A stretch of 64,000 nt of DNA from an uncultured Pseudomonadales bacterium (GCA_964393205.1 CAYMSV010000002.1:226767-290766), one strand, 5' to 3'; positions 48,248 to 58,870 are shown, numbered from the stretch's first letter. Translations and numbers: made by a program. Notes: generated from the sequence alone by a model not told the origin.

Positions 48248-49771
48248 TTATTTTAGATTAATTGCGTATAAATTAAAGGGCGAGTCAGGGCTAAAACTGG
48301 TATGAATAATTACCTGACTACCATCTGGCCAAGGATAAATAAATTCATCAGCAAATGGTCCAGAATAAAGTACGGTATTATTATGGCCATCATATTCCAT
48401 AATTTGTACTTTACCATCTGCCACATACAAAAGATGTTTTGAGTCAGGGAACCATTGCAAACTATTTAGTTTGACCCCGGTGTAATAATTACTAAAGTTG
48501 ATGGCTGTTGTTTCTTTATTAATAATACTTTCAGCCTGAAGACGGAGAAAAGCTTCGGGAGAAGATTCTAGTTGACGCATTTCGGTAGTGAACAGATCAT
48601 CACTTAGCAACTGTTTGTCGACATAAGTTAGTTCAATTTCAGTTTTATCTAGATCATTTAACTCATTATTGATGTTAATTAATTCTTCTTCAGTCTCATT
48701 GGGCACTAAATTTTGTAAAGGAAAGCTTGGTCGCAATTCCTCACTCAGGACTAGAAAATTTTTGTCTTCTTCTCGATCATAAACATAAATATTTCCAGCT
48801 TTTAATTCTCTTTCCTCAACTTGATTGCTGGTTGCTGGCAAAGGAGGAATTAAGTTGTCTGCTAAGTTTACGTCAGCAGTGGCAGTGTAGAGTAGGCGTT
48901 TTTTATCTGGGGAGATATAAACATTTTTAGCAGATTCACTAGCGACTCGCAATATCTCTGAAGGAAATTTTTCCAAAAATTGTCGTTCCTTCTGATAAAT
49001 TTCTTCCTCCCAAACGGACAGAGTGTTAGCTCGCAGATGAGAAATATCAGTCTGGTCAAGTAGTGAAATCTTTCTATCAATTGAAATTAAAAATTCTCTG
49101 CCTCCTAATTCTTCATCAACTAAAATCATTAGCTCTCGACTATTGGGTGACCATATAATGTGGGCCTTGTCTAGTTCTAAGCTTGGTACGTCATCGGTGA
49201 TTTGTCTTGGGCCACTTTGCAAAGACAAAAAGTTACTGGTTAACTCCAGTAAATAAAAACCATTATTACTTGAGGAACTAGCTTGATTAACATAGAAAAG
49301 AATTTTCTGACCATCTGGAGAGGGATGAATATTGCTCACACCAGTAAAAGTTAGAGGAGATAAGCTGGGCGCTGCGGGGAAGAGATTAGCATTGGTTTGA
49401 GTCACTAATTCTTTTTGTACTAGTAAATTTTTTTGCCAAACTGAATAGCCTTCCTTAACAATTTTAACCAAGTATTCACCAGGATCGATATAGATAGTGT
49501 CATCGGTAGCTGTAATTAGTCGGTCATTAATAAAAACTTGAGCCCCAGTGGGGAAGGAGTTAACATTGAGTAAACCAGTGTTTGCTACAACACCTTCTTT
49601 GGTTAAGCGCCAATTACCTCGTGCATATTGAATAGCCAAAATACTACCAATAATGACAAAAACTAGGGAAAATAAACTATATCCTAGTCTAGTAGTAAAA
49701 ATTGCTTGGAAAACTTTTTTGAATTGTTTACCAGCTTTTTTAAAAGTTATTTTCTTCTTTTTAGCTGTCAT
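48248..49771 (-). CDS. Membrane-anchored PEGA-domain protein with TolB-like beta-propeller repeats
   Basis: N-terminal TM (LFSLVFVIIGSILAI). PEGA-like segment SFPTGAQVFINDRLITATDDTIYIDPGEYLVKIVKEGY. Repeated blade-like motifs (SPDGQKILFY, SPNSRELMIL, SPDKKRLLYT, FPDSKHLLYV). Confidence 0.55.
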   Translation of the reverse strand: MTAKKKKITFKKAGKQFKKVFQAIFTTRLGYSLFSLVFVIIGSILAIQYARGNWRLTKEGVVANTGLLNVNSFPTGAQVFINDRLITATDDTIYIDPGEYLVKIVKEGYSVWQKNLLVQKELVTQTNANLFPAAPSLSPLTFTGVSNIHPSPDGQKILFYVNQASSSSNNGFYLLELTSNFLSLQSGPRQITDDVPSLELDKAHIIWSPNSRELMILVDEELGGREFLISIDRKISLLDQTDISHLRANTLSVWEEEIYQKERQFLEKFPSEILRVASESAKNVYISPDKKRLLYTATADVNLADNLIPPLPATSNQVEERELKAGNIYVYDREEDKNFLVLSEELRPSFPLQNLVPNETEEELININNELNDLDKTEIELTYVDKQLLSDDLFTTEMRQLESSPEAFLRLQAESIINKETTAINFSNYYTGVKLNSLQWFPDSKHLLYVADGKVQIMEYDGHNNTVLYSGPFADEFIYPWPDGSQVIIHTSFSPDSPFNLYAINLK

Positions 49772-49843
49772 CTAATGAAATTCCTTAATTAATATTTTTT
49801 GCGCCTTGTTCTTGGTTTAGTCTTTGACTATTATATCAATTAG

Positions 49844-50950
49844 ATGCATAAAAGTCTTGATTTTGAACAAAAGTCAAAAAAACCTTCATTGTGGCAAAGA
49901 CTTGATTGGCGACAGGCTTTAGCGATTGATTTGGGGAGTAATGAGATCCGTATTTTCAGAATTAATCGGGTTAAAAAACAAGAAATGGAAATTTTAACAA
50001 TAGATCAGGCTTGTGTAGCAATCAAACGATCTAGTAGAGGAAAAAAAGCCCAAGTTTTGGCTGTTGGTAAAGATGCTTTGGAGATGAGAGAGAGGTTGGG
50101 CGATGAAGTAGAAGTCATTTTTCCGATTATAGCTGGACGGATTATCAATGAAGATATGGCTAAAGTTTTACTCAAAGAATTGTTAAAAAGAGCGCTAAAA
50201 ATTGATAGAATTTTGCCCTTTGTGATTAGTCCGGTGGTAGTAGTGACAGTAAGAGCTGGCACCAGTGAGTTATCGCGACGCAGTTTAAGTCGTTTATTTT
50301 ACGATTTAGGAGTCAGCGAAGTCCATCTATTGGCAGAACCCTTGGCGGCCGCCATTGGTGTCGGGGTTCCTATCGCTGATGCTAGCGGGGTGTTGTTAAT
50401 GCAAATGGGGGCCAGTAGTATTGAGGCGGCCGCTCTAGCTTTAGGTTCCATTGTTAGTTTTCAGAGCAACCTTTGGACTGGGACAATTGCTGGTTGGGAG
50501 TTGGACGAATTACTCCGTGCCTATTTAGTGAAAGAACACCATTTATTGATAACTTTGGAAGCTAGCGAGCAATTAAAAAAGCAAATCAAAATTGATCAAG
50601 GTGATGATTTTTCAATCAAACTAGTGGGTAAAGATTTGCTTAGTCAAAAAGCTAAAACACTTAATATCAAAAATGAAGAACTGTCTAGTGTATTAATGCC
50701 GGTGCTCAAAGATTATTTATTTTTAATTGAACGTCTTTTGGAAGAGATGCCCAACGCTTTGCTGAGTGATGTGTTAGACCGTGGTCTACTTTTATCTGGA
50801 AATTTGTCTAAATTAGCTGGTTTAGATCACTTTTTGGCTAAATCTTTAAAAATGCCGGTTGCTTTGGTTGATGATCCAGATTTAGCAGCAGCTACTGGTG
50901 CATTGACGGTTTTGGAAAATTTGGATTTATTTAAAGCTAGTTTAATTTAG
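49844..50950 (+). CDS. mreB: Actin-like rod-shape protein MreB (divergent)
   Basis: Alignable to MreB along its length: AVGKDALEM (AVGEEAKQM), PIIAGRIINEDMAKVLLKEL (PMKDGVIADF...), EVHLLAEPLAAAIGVGVPIADASGVLLMQMGASSIEAAALALGSIV ([45 protein letters not shown]). Confidence 0.75.
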   Translation: MHKSLDFEQKSKKPSLWQRLDWRQALAIDLGSNEIRIFRINRVKKQEMEILTIDQACVAIKRSSRGKKAQVLAVGKDALEMRERLGDEVEVIFPIIAGRIINEDMAKVLLKELLKRALKIDRILPFVISPVVVVTVRAGTSELSRRSLSRLFYDLGVSEVHLLAEPLAAAIGVGVPIADASGVLLMQMGASSIEAAALALGSIVSFQSNLWTGTIAGWELDELLRAYLVKEHHLLITLEASEQLKKQIKIDQGDDFSIKLVGKDLLSQKAKTLNIKNEELSSVLMPVLKDYLFLIERLLEEMPNALLSDVLDRGLLLSGNLSKLAGLDHFLAKSLKMPVALVDDPDLAAATGALTVLENLDLFKASLI

Positions 50951-52344
50951 GCTTTATTTTTGGTTTTAAGCCAATAAGGTGTTTGTCGACAGAGAACTTT
51001 TTTAGCTAAGAGATTATTGTCTAATAATATTTCAGCAGCCTTTTCTAAGTAAAGGGTATTTTGTGAACCCTTGATTAACACTAGATCTCCTGATTTGAGA
51101 TTGTTGAGTAGAGTTTCACCAGCTAATTGACTATTATTGAAAACTGTAACTTTTTTTAATTTGCCTTCTTTTTCATTTACTTTTTCTTTTAGAATTGCTA
51201 AGGCGTACTTTGTCATCAGTGGTCCTACTAAATATATCTCACTGAAATCCTTGGCTACTAATTGAGCCACGTTTTGGTGAGCTAACTTGGCTTCTTTACC
51301 CATTTCTCGCATATCTCCTAAAATAGCTACTAAGCGTCCAACTCTGTCGTCATTAGCTGCTAACTGACTGGAAAGCTTAATCATTTCCAACATACCAGAG
51401 GCGTTATATGAGCTATCTAATAAATAGCTATTTTTTTTACCAGCCAATAGGCTACTGCGTCCCGCTTCCAGTTGCCAATATTTTTCAATATTATTTTTAA
51501 TCTCACTAAGGCTGAGACCTAATTTTAGGGCTAGTAAAATAGCGCTGGCTAAAGAAGCGCTATAGTGTTGACCAACTATTAATTTAGATAAATTAACCTC
51601 TAGATTTCGATTATTTGTGATTTGTTTTTTTAAGTTTTTACTAATTTCAAAAACAAAACGACTGCCATCTAAGTTAACTTGCCAATCACCAAGGCGTAAA
51701 TCAGCTTCACTTTTTTGGCCAAAACTCAAAATTTCGGCTTGAGTTTGTCGGCTAAATTGCCAGATCAAAGAATCGTCACGATTAATAATTGCCAGACCAT
51801 TTTTGGCTAAAGATTGTGCTAATTTACTTTTTTCCTTGGCAATTTCTGCAACGATGGCCTTTTGGCGTTTTTGTTCATCTGTTTCTGCAACTAATGAGTC
51901 AAAATTTTCACTATGAATAGCACGAGCATTGAGCATGATAGCTATTTGTGGCTGAATAATGCTCAACAAATAGCTCATATTTTTTGGTGGATGAGGGCTA
52001 TCGATACCCATTTCAACTACATAGACGTCAAATTGTTCCCAATTTGTTAATAGTTGCCAAGGAGCGAGTAAAATTAAACGAGCCCAATCCAAAGGAGAAT
52101 AATCTTTGATTTTTAACCCTAAAATATCTAAAGGTATGCCTGATTCCGAATTGGCTTTTTTACTAATTTTAATTTTTAAGCGACCCTTATTTTTCCCTAG
52201 GGCAGCCAGCACAGCTGTCTGACAGCTGGTTTTGCCAGCACTGCCTGTAATACCCACAATTTTAGCTTGAGCATTTTTTTTGAGTTGCAATTTAGCAAAC
52301 AAGCGCAAGTAATAAAGTACAAAAGAGCCTAGTTGTTTTTTCAT
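50947..52344 (-). CDS. murF: Mur ligase family protein, MurF-like (UDP-MurNAc-pentapeptide synthetase-like)
   Basis: Walker-like IVGITGSAGKTSCQTAVLAAL, NSESGIPLDILGL (MurF NNEIGVPL) and VVEMGIDSP. It lacks an obvious MurF N-terminal domain, so assignment within the Mur ligase family is tentative. Confidence 0.6.
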   Translation of the reverse strand: MKKQLGSFVLYYLRLFAKLQLKKNAQAKIVGITGSAGKTSCQTAVLAALGKNKGRLKIKISKKANSESGIPLDILGLKIKDYSPLDWARLILLAPWQLLTNWEQFDVYVVEMGIDSPHPPKNMSYLLSIIQPQIAIMLNARAIHSENFDSLVAETDEQKRQKAIVAEIAKEKSKLAQSLAKNGLAIINRDDSLIWQFSRQTQAEILSFGQKSEADLRLGDWQVNLDGSRFVFEISKNLKKQITNNRNLEVNLSKLIVGQHYSASLASAILLALKLGLSLSEIKNNIEKYWQLEAGRSSLLAGKKNSYLLDSSYNASGMLEMIKLSSQLAANDDRVGRLVAILGDMREMGKEAKLAHQNVAQLVAKDFSEIYLVGPLMTKYALAILKEKVNEKEGKLKKVTVFNNSQLAGETLLNNLKSGDLVLIKGSQNTLYLEKAAEILLDNNLLAKKVLCRQTPYWLKTKNKA

Positions 52345-52368
52345 ATATTTTTTACTTGCCTTAAATTA

Positions 52369-53817
52369 CTAGTGTTTTTGCAAATCCTTAACTGCTGCTT
52401 GGAATTGTTGACCTCGATCTTGATAGTCTTTAAACAAACCAAAGCTAGCACAAGCTGGACTAAGCAAAACTATATCTCCTTGTTGAGCCCATTTTTTTGC
52501 TTGCCCAACAGCTACTGACATATTTTCACAATTTTTAAATTTTGGAAAATCTGCTGTTGCTAAATTGCGTTTTTGCCAGAGGTTTTGCAATTCTTGAAGA
52601 ATTTTTTCTCCAGTAGGAGGAAAGAGCAAAATAGCTTTAACTTTTTGTTCGATGATGGTTTCAATGTACTCAGCGAAATCTAGTTTTTTATCAGATCCAC
52701 CAGCTAAGATAATCACCTTTTCTTGAGGAAAACTGCGAATGGCAGCGCTGCTAGCAATAGGATTAGTGGCAATTGAGTCGTCATAATATTTGACGCCCTC
52801 TATTTCAGCCACCAATTCTAGGCGATGAGCTAAGCCTTTAAAACTTGTAATGCTTTTGCACAGACTTTCTTGGTTAATTTTAAAAATCTGAGCAACGGCA
52901 ATGGCGCTTAAAACATTATATAAATTATGTTTGCCAATTAGATTGACTTGATCAATATCCATGACTTTTATTAAGTCCGAATGATTATTGATTTCTCGCC
53001 AATGAATTTGTTTATCTTTGATAAACAAGCTGTATTTACTTGATTCACTTTCATCTTCGATAGAGTGGCGTAGACGATGATTGTTTCTCACTGCACTTAA
53101 TTCAGCCAATTTTTTAGCGCCAGCCAGATGAGGGTTGTAAACTAGCCAGTCGTTGGGGTTCTGGTAGCGAGTAATAGCAGTTTTTGAAGCAAAATAATGA
53201 TCAAAATCTGCAAAATAATCTAAGTGTTCAGGAGTAACATCTAGGAGAACAGCTACTTGGGGGCTGGCTTTTAATTCAGCTAATTGATGAGAAGAAAGTT
53301 CAGCTACTACCAAAGTATCTTCATCAATGACGGATAGATAATTAAGAGCTGGACGACCAATATTGCCTACCAGGACACTTTTTCGACCAGCTTCACTCAA
53401 GATATCAAAAAGCAATTGACTGGTGGTGCTTTTTCCTTTGCTGCCAGTAATACCAATAATTGTTCCCTGACAGCGATCGAAGAAAAGCTGCATATTAGAA
53501 CTGATTTGTAAGCTAGGATTTAACTCGAGTGCTTCTTGAATAGCTGGTAAAGTGATTGGAATGCCAGCAGTTTTAATTAAGAAATCAAAATCTGCTAATT
53601 CATCAAGATAATGATCGCCAATTTTCCAGATTAAATTATTGTCTTTTCTACCAATTTCTTTCCATTCGGGGAAGTTAGCCCACAATATTTCAGTAGGTGA
53701 TTGATCTGCTAGGGTCAAGATTTGTTCGGGAAATTGCTCACGCAAGTAGTAATAGGTGGAAAGTCCCTCTCTGCCTAAACCCAAGATAATAATGCGACCG
53801 CCAGCCAAATTAGACAT
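52369..53817 (-). CDS. murD: UDP-N-acetylmuramoylalanine--D-glutamate ligase
   Basis: N-terminal Rossmann RIIILGLGREGLSTYYYL. IIGITGSKGKSTTSQLLFDILSEAGRKSVLVGNIGRPALN (the MurD GNIG.P motif). Confidence 0.8.
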   Translation of the reverse strand: MSNLAGGRIIILGLGREGLSTYYYLREQFPEQILTLADQSPTEILWANFPEWKEIGRKDNNLIWKIGDHYLDELADFDFLIKTAGIPITLPAIQEALELNPSLQISSNMQLFFDRCQGTIIGITGSKGKSTTSQLLFDILSEAGRKSVLVGNIGRPALNYLSVIDEDTLVVAELSSHQLAELKASPQVAVLLDVTPEHLDYFADFDHYFASKTAITRYQNPNDWLVYNPHLAGAKKLAELSAVRNNHRLRHSIEDESESSKYSLFIKDKQIHWREINNHSDLIKVMDIDQVNLIGKHNLYNVLSAIAVAQIFKINQESLCKSITSFKGLAHRLELVAEIEGVKYYDDSIATNPIASSAAIRSFPQEKVIILAGGSDKKLDFAEYIETIIEQKVKAILLFPPTGEKILQELQNLWQKRNLATADFPKFKNCENMSVAVGQAKKWAQQGDIVLLSPACASFGLFKDYQDRGQQFQAAVKDLQKH

Positions 53818-53850
53818 ATTAGCTATATTTTAGCATTTTTTACTCCTGCT

Positions 53851-54726
53851 TTGTGCTATGATAAAAAAATGAAGCGTTCATTGTTTCAATTACCGATATA
53901 CACGGCTAGTTGGCAGGAATTTTGGGACTTATTGAAAAGTAGATTAGAACGAAAAGACTCAAAAGATCTATTACTAGTCTTTACTCCTAATCCAGAACAA
54001 ATAGTTCAGGCCAGCAAAAATCAGGACTTTTTTAAAATTTTAAAGACTGGGGATATTTTGTTGCCAGACGGAATTGGTTTACTTTTGGCTAATCGTTTTA
54101 TTCGTTTTCGCCAAACAGCCCGAGCTTTTTTAAAGCTTTCACCAAGCAAACCGGCAATGCCCGCAAAAATCACAGAAAAAATTACTGGAGTGGAAACAAC
54201 AGACAAGCTACTTATGGAAGCAGCTAAAAAAAATTATGTTAGTTTAATTATTGGTGGGCGCAATTATGCTGAGTTTTGGGGGAAAGAAGGGGGAGAATAT
54301 GAGGGAGAAATGTTTGAGGATGAACAAAGTTTGATTCAATTGAAGAGAAACTTATATTGGACTGAAGCTTATCAGGATAAAGAAGAACCTTTGCCGGTCG
54401 AAGATCAAGCACTAGAGAAAATTTTAAAGAAAATTAAACCACAGCTAGTTTTTGTAGCCTTGGGAGCTCCAGATCAGGAAAAGTGGTTAGTAGACTGGCG
54501 CGCGCGTCTTGAACAAGCGGGCGTGGTGGTGGCGATGGCCGTTGGTGGTTCTTTTGATTTACTATTTGGCCGAATCGCGCGCGCCCCTCGTTTATTTCGC
54601 AGTTTGGGTTTGGAATGGTTTTGGCGCTTGTTGCAACAGCCGTGGCGTTGGCGACGTCAATTGCGTTTAATACAATATCTTTTTTTAGTGAGACAAGAAG
54701 CTAGAAGGTGGCAAAAGTTTAAGTAA
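53851..54726 (+). CDS. WecB/TagA/CpsF-family glycosyltransferase (N-acetylmannosaminyltransferase-like)
   Basis: VFTPNPEQIVQASKNQDFFKILKTGDILLPDGIGLLLA and FVALGAPDQEKWL match family hallmarks. Confidence 0.7.
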   Translation: MCYDKKMKRSLFQLPIYTASWQEFWDLLKSRLERKDSKDLLLVFTPNPEQIVQASKNQDFFKILKTGDILLPDGIGLLLANRFIRFRQTARAFLKLSPSKPAMPAKITEKITGVETTDKLLMEAAKKNYVSLIIGGRNYAEFWGKEGGEYEGEMFEDEQSLIQLKRNLYWTEAYQDKEEPLPVEDQALEKILKKIKPQLVFVALGAPDQEKWLVDWRARLEQAGVVVAMAVGGSFDLLFGRIARAPRLFRSLGLEWFWRLLQQPWRWRRQLRLIQYLFLVRQEARRWQKFK

Positions 54727-54742
54727 ATTGAATTAAATCAGC

Positions 54743-55027
54743 TTAATTATCTTTTAACTCATCTGGATTAACGCCTAAGAGCCACAAAACGGCCTCTTTT
54801 TTATAGCGACGATCACCACGAGAGTTAATTCTGATTGCTGGTAACTTACCACGCTTACCCCAACGTTTAATAGTGAGAGGGGAGACTCTGAGTAAATCAG
54901 CGACTTCTCTAACTGTTAGTAGGTCTGGTAAATTTTTTATATCGAGTTTGGCTGCATCTTTAGCTCGGCCAGTTTTTTTATCGAGGTCTTCACCTAGGTT
55001 CGGATTAATGCTTGGGCTATCGCTCAT
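54743..55027 (-). CDS. Small helix-turn-helix DNA-binding protein, excisionase/MerR-like HTH
   Basis: LLTVREVADLLRVSPLTIKRWGKRGKLPAIRINSRGDRRYKKEAV is typical of the excisionase-family HTH_17 domain. Confidence 0.55.
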   Translation of the reverse strand: MSDSPSINPNLGEDLDKKTGRAKDAAKLDIKNLPDLLTVREVADLLRVSPLTIKRWGKRGKLPAIRINSRGDRRYKKEAVLWLLGVNPDELKDN

Positions 55028-55295
55028 TTTCCCTTTCTGTGGCTTTTTTTATTAAGCCTATAAGACTTGTTAATTTTAGTATTTGTTCGATCTATTATGA
55101 TCTATATTCAACAATAGCAGACTAAGACAAATTAAGTCAATAAGCAATTTCTCTTGCTAGATTTAAAGGGCAATAATTAAACAATTTTTATTTTATTTTA
55201 TTAGTTTAAGAAATTGAGAGAAGATTCAATATCCTATAGTTTTTCAAATCTAATAAAAACTATCCCATAACTTTTTAAAGATGATCAAACTACTA

Positions 55296-55323
55296 CAAAA
55301 AACCCCGCCATTTGACGGGGTTT
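55296..55323 (-). terminator. Rho-independent terminator downstream of rplL
   Basis: The minus-strand transcript reads ccccgTCAAATGGcgggg then UUUUU. On the plus strand this is aaaaaccccgccatttgacggggttt at 55296-55323. Confidence 0.65.
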
Positions 55324-55359
55324 AATTAGCAATATTTGTGTTGCTAAATGCTCTCGAGC

Positions 55360-55758
55360 TTATTTAAGCTCAACTACGCAACCAGCTTCTTCCAGCGCTT
55401 TTTTGGCTGCCTCGGCATCTTCTTTCTTGGCGCCTTCTAAGACTGGCTTAGGGGCTGATTCCACGAAAGTTTTAGCGTCACCCAAACCTAAATCAGGCTT
55501 GAGAGTGCGAACTGCTTTGATGGCGGCAATTTTATTGCTACCAGCTTCTTTGAGGATGACATCAAATTCGTCTTGTTCCTCAGCAGCAGGAGCTGCGGCA
55601 GCAGGACCAGCAGCCATCATCATAGGAGCTGCGGCACTAACACCGAACTCTTCTTCGAGGGCGCTGACCAGTTCAGAAACTTCCATTAGGGAAAGTTCTT
55701 TGACTGCATCAACAATTTTTTGCACTTTGGCGCTTAATTTCTTAGCTTCATCTGCCAT
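55360..55758 (-). CDS. rplL: 50S ribosomal protein L7/L12
   Basis: [31 protein letters not shown]..., an Ala-rich hinge, and the C-terminal domain [24 protein letters not shown]. Confidence 0.9.
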   Translation of the reverse strand: MADEAKKLSAKVQKIVDAVKELSLMEVSELVSALEEEFGVSAAAPMMMAAGPAAAAPAAEEQDEFDVILKEAGSNKIAAIKAVRTLKPDLGLGDAKTFVESAPKPVLEGAKKEDAEAAKKALEEAGCVVELK

Positions 55759-55826
55759 AGTGATCCTTTCTGTTAATTAGTGGTTTAACTAATTATTAAT
55801 AATTTAATACCTAATATTTAATTAAT

Positions 55827-56333
55827 TTATGCTTTTTTATCAGCAATAGCCTTGAGTACGTAAACTAAATCTTTGCTCTTGGCGGTTAAAGTATTGACTA
55901 AGCCTTGACCCGGACCTTTGAGTCGTTGAATTAACATCACTATTAATTCGCTCTTGCTTGGTAACTTGCTTAATTTCTCGACTTCGCTTAGGGATAAGAC
56001 CTTATCCTCCATGAAACCTTGTTTAATGCTAAGTTTTTTACTCTCTTCATGAAAATTAAAAAGAGCTTTGAATCCAGAAACAGCATCTTCATAGGAGAAG
56101 ACAATAGCGTTCATCCCAGTTAGAGATTCAGTCAATTTACCCTTGCCAATGGCAATATCTATCAAAGTGTTTTTGGTGACAAACATTTCACCACCGGCTT
56201 CTTTGAGGGCATTGCGCAGAGTAGTTAAGTCGTTTACGCTACTTCCTGAATAGTCAACAATCACTAAAGATTTAGCGCGGTCAATCTTTTCTTGAATAAT
56301 TTTCACTTGTTCTAAATTATCTTTGCTAGGCAT
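55827..56333 (-). CDS. rplJ: 50S ribosomal protein L10
   Basis: Immediately upstream of rplL in the canonical order. Length and N-terminal conservation fit L10 (KDNLEQVKIIQEKIDRAKSLVIVDYSGSSVNDLTTLR). Confidence 0.85.
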   Translation of the reverse strand: MPSKDNLEQVKIIQEKIDRAKSLVIVDYSGSSVNDLTTLRNALKEAGGEMFVTKNTLIDIAIGKGKLTESLTGMNAIVFSYEDAVSGFKALFNFHEESKKLSIKQGFMEDKVLSLSEVEKLSKLPSKSELIVMLIQRLKGPGQGLVNTLTAKSKDLVYVLKAIADKKA

Positions 56334-56545
56334 AGTTCCTTTTTATCAATTTTTTTAATTAAAAAATAAGACCAGTTGCTTGGCCAAAAACTAAAGAAAG
56401 GGAAAAATAAATTTTACTTCCTCGGTGTGATGATTAAGCCCTGAGGCCCACACTGTCTTTGGACAACAGAGAAATTATAACAGAGAATACTTGGCTGACA
56501 AGGCGCATTTACAAGTTTTAGTGAATGAGGCATAATAAAAATTAG

Positions 56546-58747
56546 ATGAAAGAAAAAAAATTTATTCCCAGATTGTCTTTAGTAATCTTCGCATTTTTGC
56601 TAATAGCTAGCAGTAGCTTAATTTCAAGTCCAGCTGTTTTAGCAAAAAGCTATAGCATTGATCAGACTCAAATTGAAGTTTTTCTTGAAAGCGATGGTTC
56701 GGCTGAAGTCATTGAAAGACGTATTTTCAATTTTCAAGGGGATTATCGTTTTGTTTATCAGAAGATCAATTATCAAAACGATCAAAGTTTATCTCAATCA
56801 GGTCGGAGTGAACCATATCTGTTGAATAATTTTGAATTATGCGAAGTTGATTTCAGTAGTGGTGTATCACAATTCAATTGTTATCGAGCACTAGAGCGAG
56901 ACCAGGTTGATTTAAATGAAGCACGGGACAATCCAGATGATACTTTTTATGTAGAGCAGCGGGCAAGGGAATATTTTGTACAGTGGCATTATCAGGCCAA
57001 TTTTGAAACAAAAAATTTTGAACTGCGCTATGAAATTGAAAATTTAATTACTGCTCAAGATGATGTCGCTGAGTTCTATTGGCAATTCGTTGGTAGCGAT
57101 TGGGGAATAAATCATGGTCCGGTGGAAATTGTTGTTTGGTTGCCTTCCAACTTATTAGCCTCACAATTGCAAGACGTTAGAGCTTGGGGGCATGGTCCTT
57201 TATCAGGATCAATCAATATTGATAGTTTACCTGGGGACAATGCATTGTATGCAGTCCGTTTTGAAGCCAATTATTTAGCTGCTGGTCAGTTTTTGGAAGG
57301 GCGCATTATTTTGCCGCTCGAAGTTTTTTTTGATGCTGACAGTTTAGTAATGGGTAGTTTAAGTGCTCAAGAAATTATCAAACAAGAAGAAGAATTTATT
57401 GCTCAAACGGAAGCAAAATTCAAACGAGAAGAGTTTTTTGCTAAGGCTTTATTCTTTTTTGCGCTGTTGCTTAGTATTTTAAATTTAGTTTGGTTTATTA
57501 AAAGTTTAGCCCGTCATCTTAAATTAGCTAAAGAAGAGCGCTTACGAGTTTTGCCAGGTATGTGGGAGCCACCTAGCGATTTAGAACCGGCTTTAGTTCA
57601 TCAGCTGTTGCATAAGAGCAAGAAGTTAAGTCCAACAGTTTTTACAGCCACTGTTTTGTCCCTAGTGCATAAAAAAGTATGTCGGATAGTTCGCAGTGAC
57701 AAAAAAGAGGGATTTTTGAAAAAAGACTATCGCTACTTTTTAGAAACGACCGATAAATTAGATCGGGTAGATTTATCTACTGTAGAACAAGAGGTCTATG
57801 ACTTTTTGTTCAACAAGGTAGCCAGGCTCTACAGTAATTACTATCATGAAGCTAGTCGTAAATGGGTAAATGAAAAAAAATTCAATCAACTTTGGCGTCA
57901 AGCTAATCCTAAGGCCAGTCGCGAAGATTTATCAACTGCTCAAGACCAAGCTAGAAAAAATTTAGATTTAAAAGATATTGGCAAATATACCAAAACTTAT
58001 GCGAGTAGTAGTTATAGTTTTTTCAAGGGTTTGGAGGCAAAAGCTTTTAAGGCTAATTTGGCTAAGGGTTATTTTGATGATAAGGTTCACCGTTATGCCG
58101 GCAGTTTTAAAAACTTTAGATTATTGTTGGCACCGGTTGTTAGCTTTTTCTTAATCATTGTTGTGGCAAACTTTGAAGCAGAAACGAGTTCTCTTTTAGC
58201 TCAATCTTGGTTAACTTTGTCTTGGCCCTTTATTATTGCCAACGTAACTTTAGGTTTCAGTGCTGCCATAGTGATGTTGGTATTGCAATATGGTAGTGAA
58301 AAAAGAAGTGAAAAAGGACATCTGGAAGCTGAGCAATGGCTGTCTTTTAAAAAGCATTTAAAGGATTACAAAAAAACCAAAAATTACGCGATTGATTCAA
58401 TTATTCTTTGGGAAAAATATTTAGTTTATGGCACTTTATTTGGGGTGTCGATGAAAGCTCTCTCTCAATTACCAGTCAAATTTAAAGATTGGTCAGAGAA
58501 TGATCAGCGCTCCCTAATGACTTATTGGGGTATGTCTAGTGTAGATTTGAGCAAATCTGCTGTGCTTGACATGAGCAATTTTAATTTGGGTAGTATTAGC
58601 CATTCACTTAATTCACTAGGCAGTGCTTTTCAAACGATTAACAGTGGGGCCTCACGTAGTTATGGTGCTAGTGGGGGTGGTTCAAGCGGTGGATTTTCTG
58701 GAGGCGGCGGTGGTGGCGGTGGAGGTGGTGGAGGAGGAGCCGGGTAA
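56546..58747 (+). CDS. DUF2207-type membrane protein with C-terminal poly-Gly tail
   Basis: Signal peptide and a large extracytoplasmic N-terminal domain. Several TMs in the C-terminal third. The tail GGGSSGGFSGGGGGGGGGGGGGAG is typical of this family. Confidence 0.55.
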   Translation: MKEKKFIPRLSLVIFAFLLIASSSLISSPAVLAKSYSIDQTQIEVFLESDGSAEVIERRIFNFQGDYRFVYQKINYQNDQSLSQSGRSEPYLLNNFELCEVDFSSGVSQFNCYRALERDQVDLNEARDNPDDTFYVEQRAREYFVQWHYQANFETKNFELRYEIENLITAQDDVAEFYWQFVGSDWGINHGPVEIVVWLPSNLLASQLQDVRAWGHGPLSGSINIDSLPGDNALYAVRFEANYLAAGQFLEGRIILPLEVFFDADSLVMGSLSAQEIIKQEEEFIAQTEAKFKREEFFAKALFFFALLLSILNLVWFIKSLARHLKLAKEERLRVLPGMWEPPSDLEPALVHQLLHKSKKLSPTVFTATVLSLVHKKVCRIVRSDKKEGFLKKDYRYFLETTDKLDRVDLSTVEQEVYDFLFNKVARLYSNYYHEASRKWVNEKKFNQLWRQANPKASREDLSTAQDQARKNLDLKDIGKYTKTYASSSYSFFKGLEAKAFKANLAKGYFDDKVHRYAGSFKNFRLLLAPVVSFFLIIVVANFEAETSSLLAQSWLTLSWPFIIANVTLGFSAAIVMLVLQYGSEKRSEKGHLEAEQWLSFKKHLKDYKKTKNYAIDSIILWEKYLVYGTLFGVSMKALSQLPVKFKDWSENDQRSLMTYWGMSSVDLSKSAVLDMSNFNLGSISHSLNSLGSAFQTINSGASRSYGASGGGSSGGFSGGGGGGGGGGGGGAG

Positions 58748-58870
58748 TTTCAATTATTCTTTATGCTATAATTATTGATCAAATGTTAAACATTATCTTA
58801 ACTACCAGCACTACTACCAGCCCCTAGCGGGTATTGTGTGATGGTGTTTAGATAATTGACCAAAGAACGC

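Noticed and set aside
55403-55780. 125-aa plus-strand ORF antisense to rplL
   Set aside because: The Ala-rich antisense frame of the L7/L12 hinge is an artefact of GC-skewed codon usage in that gene.
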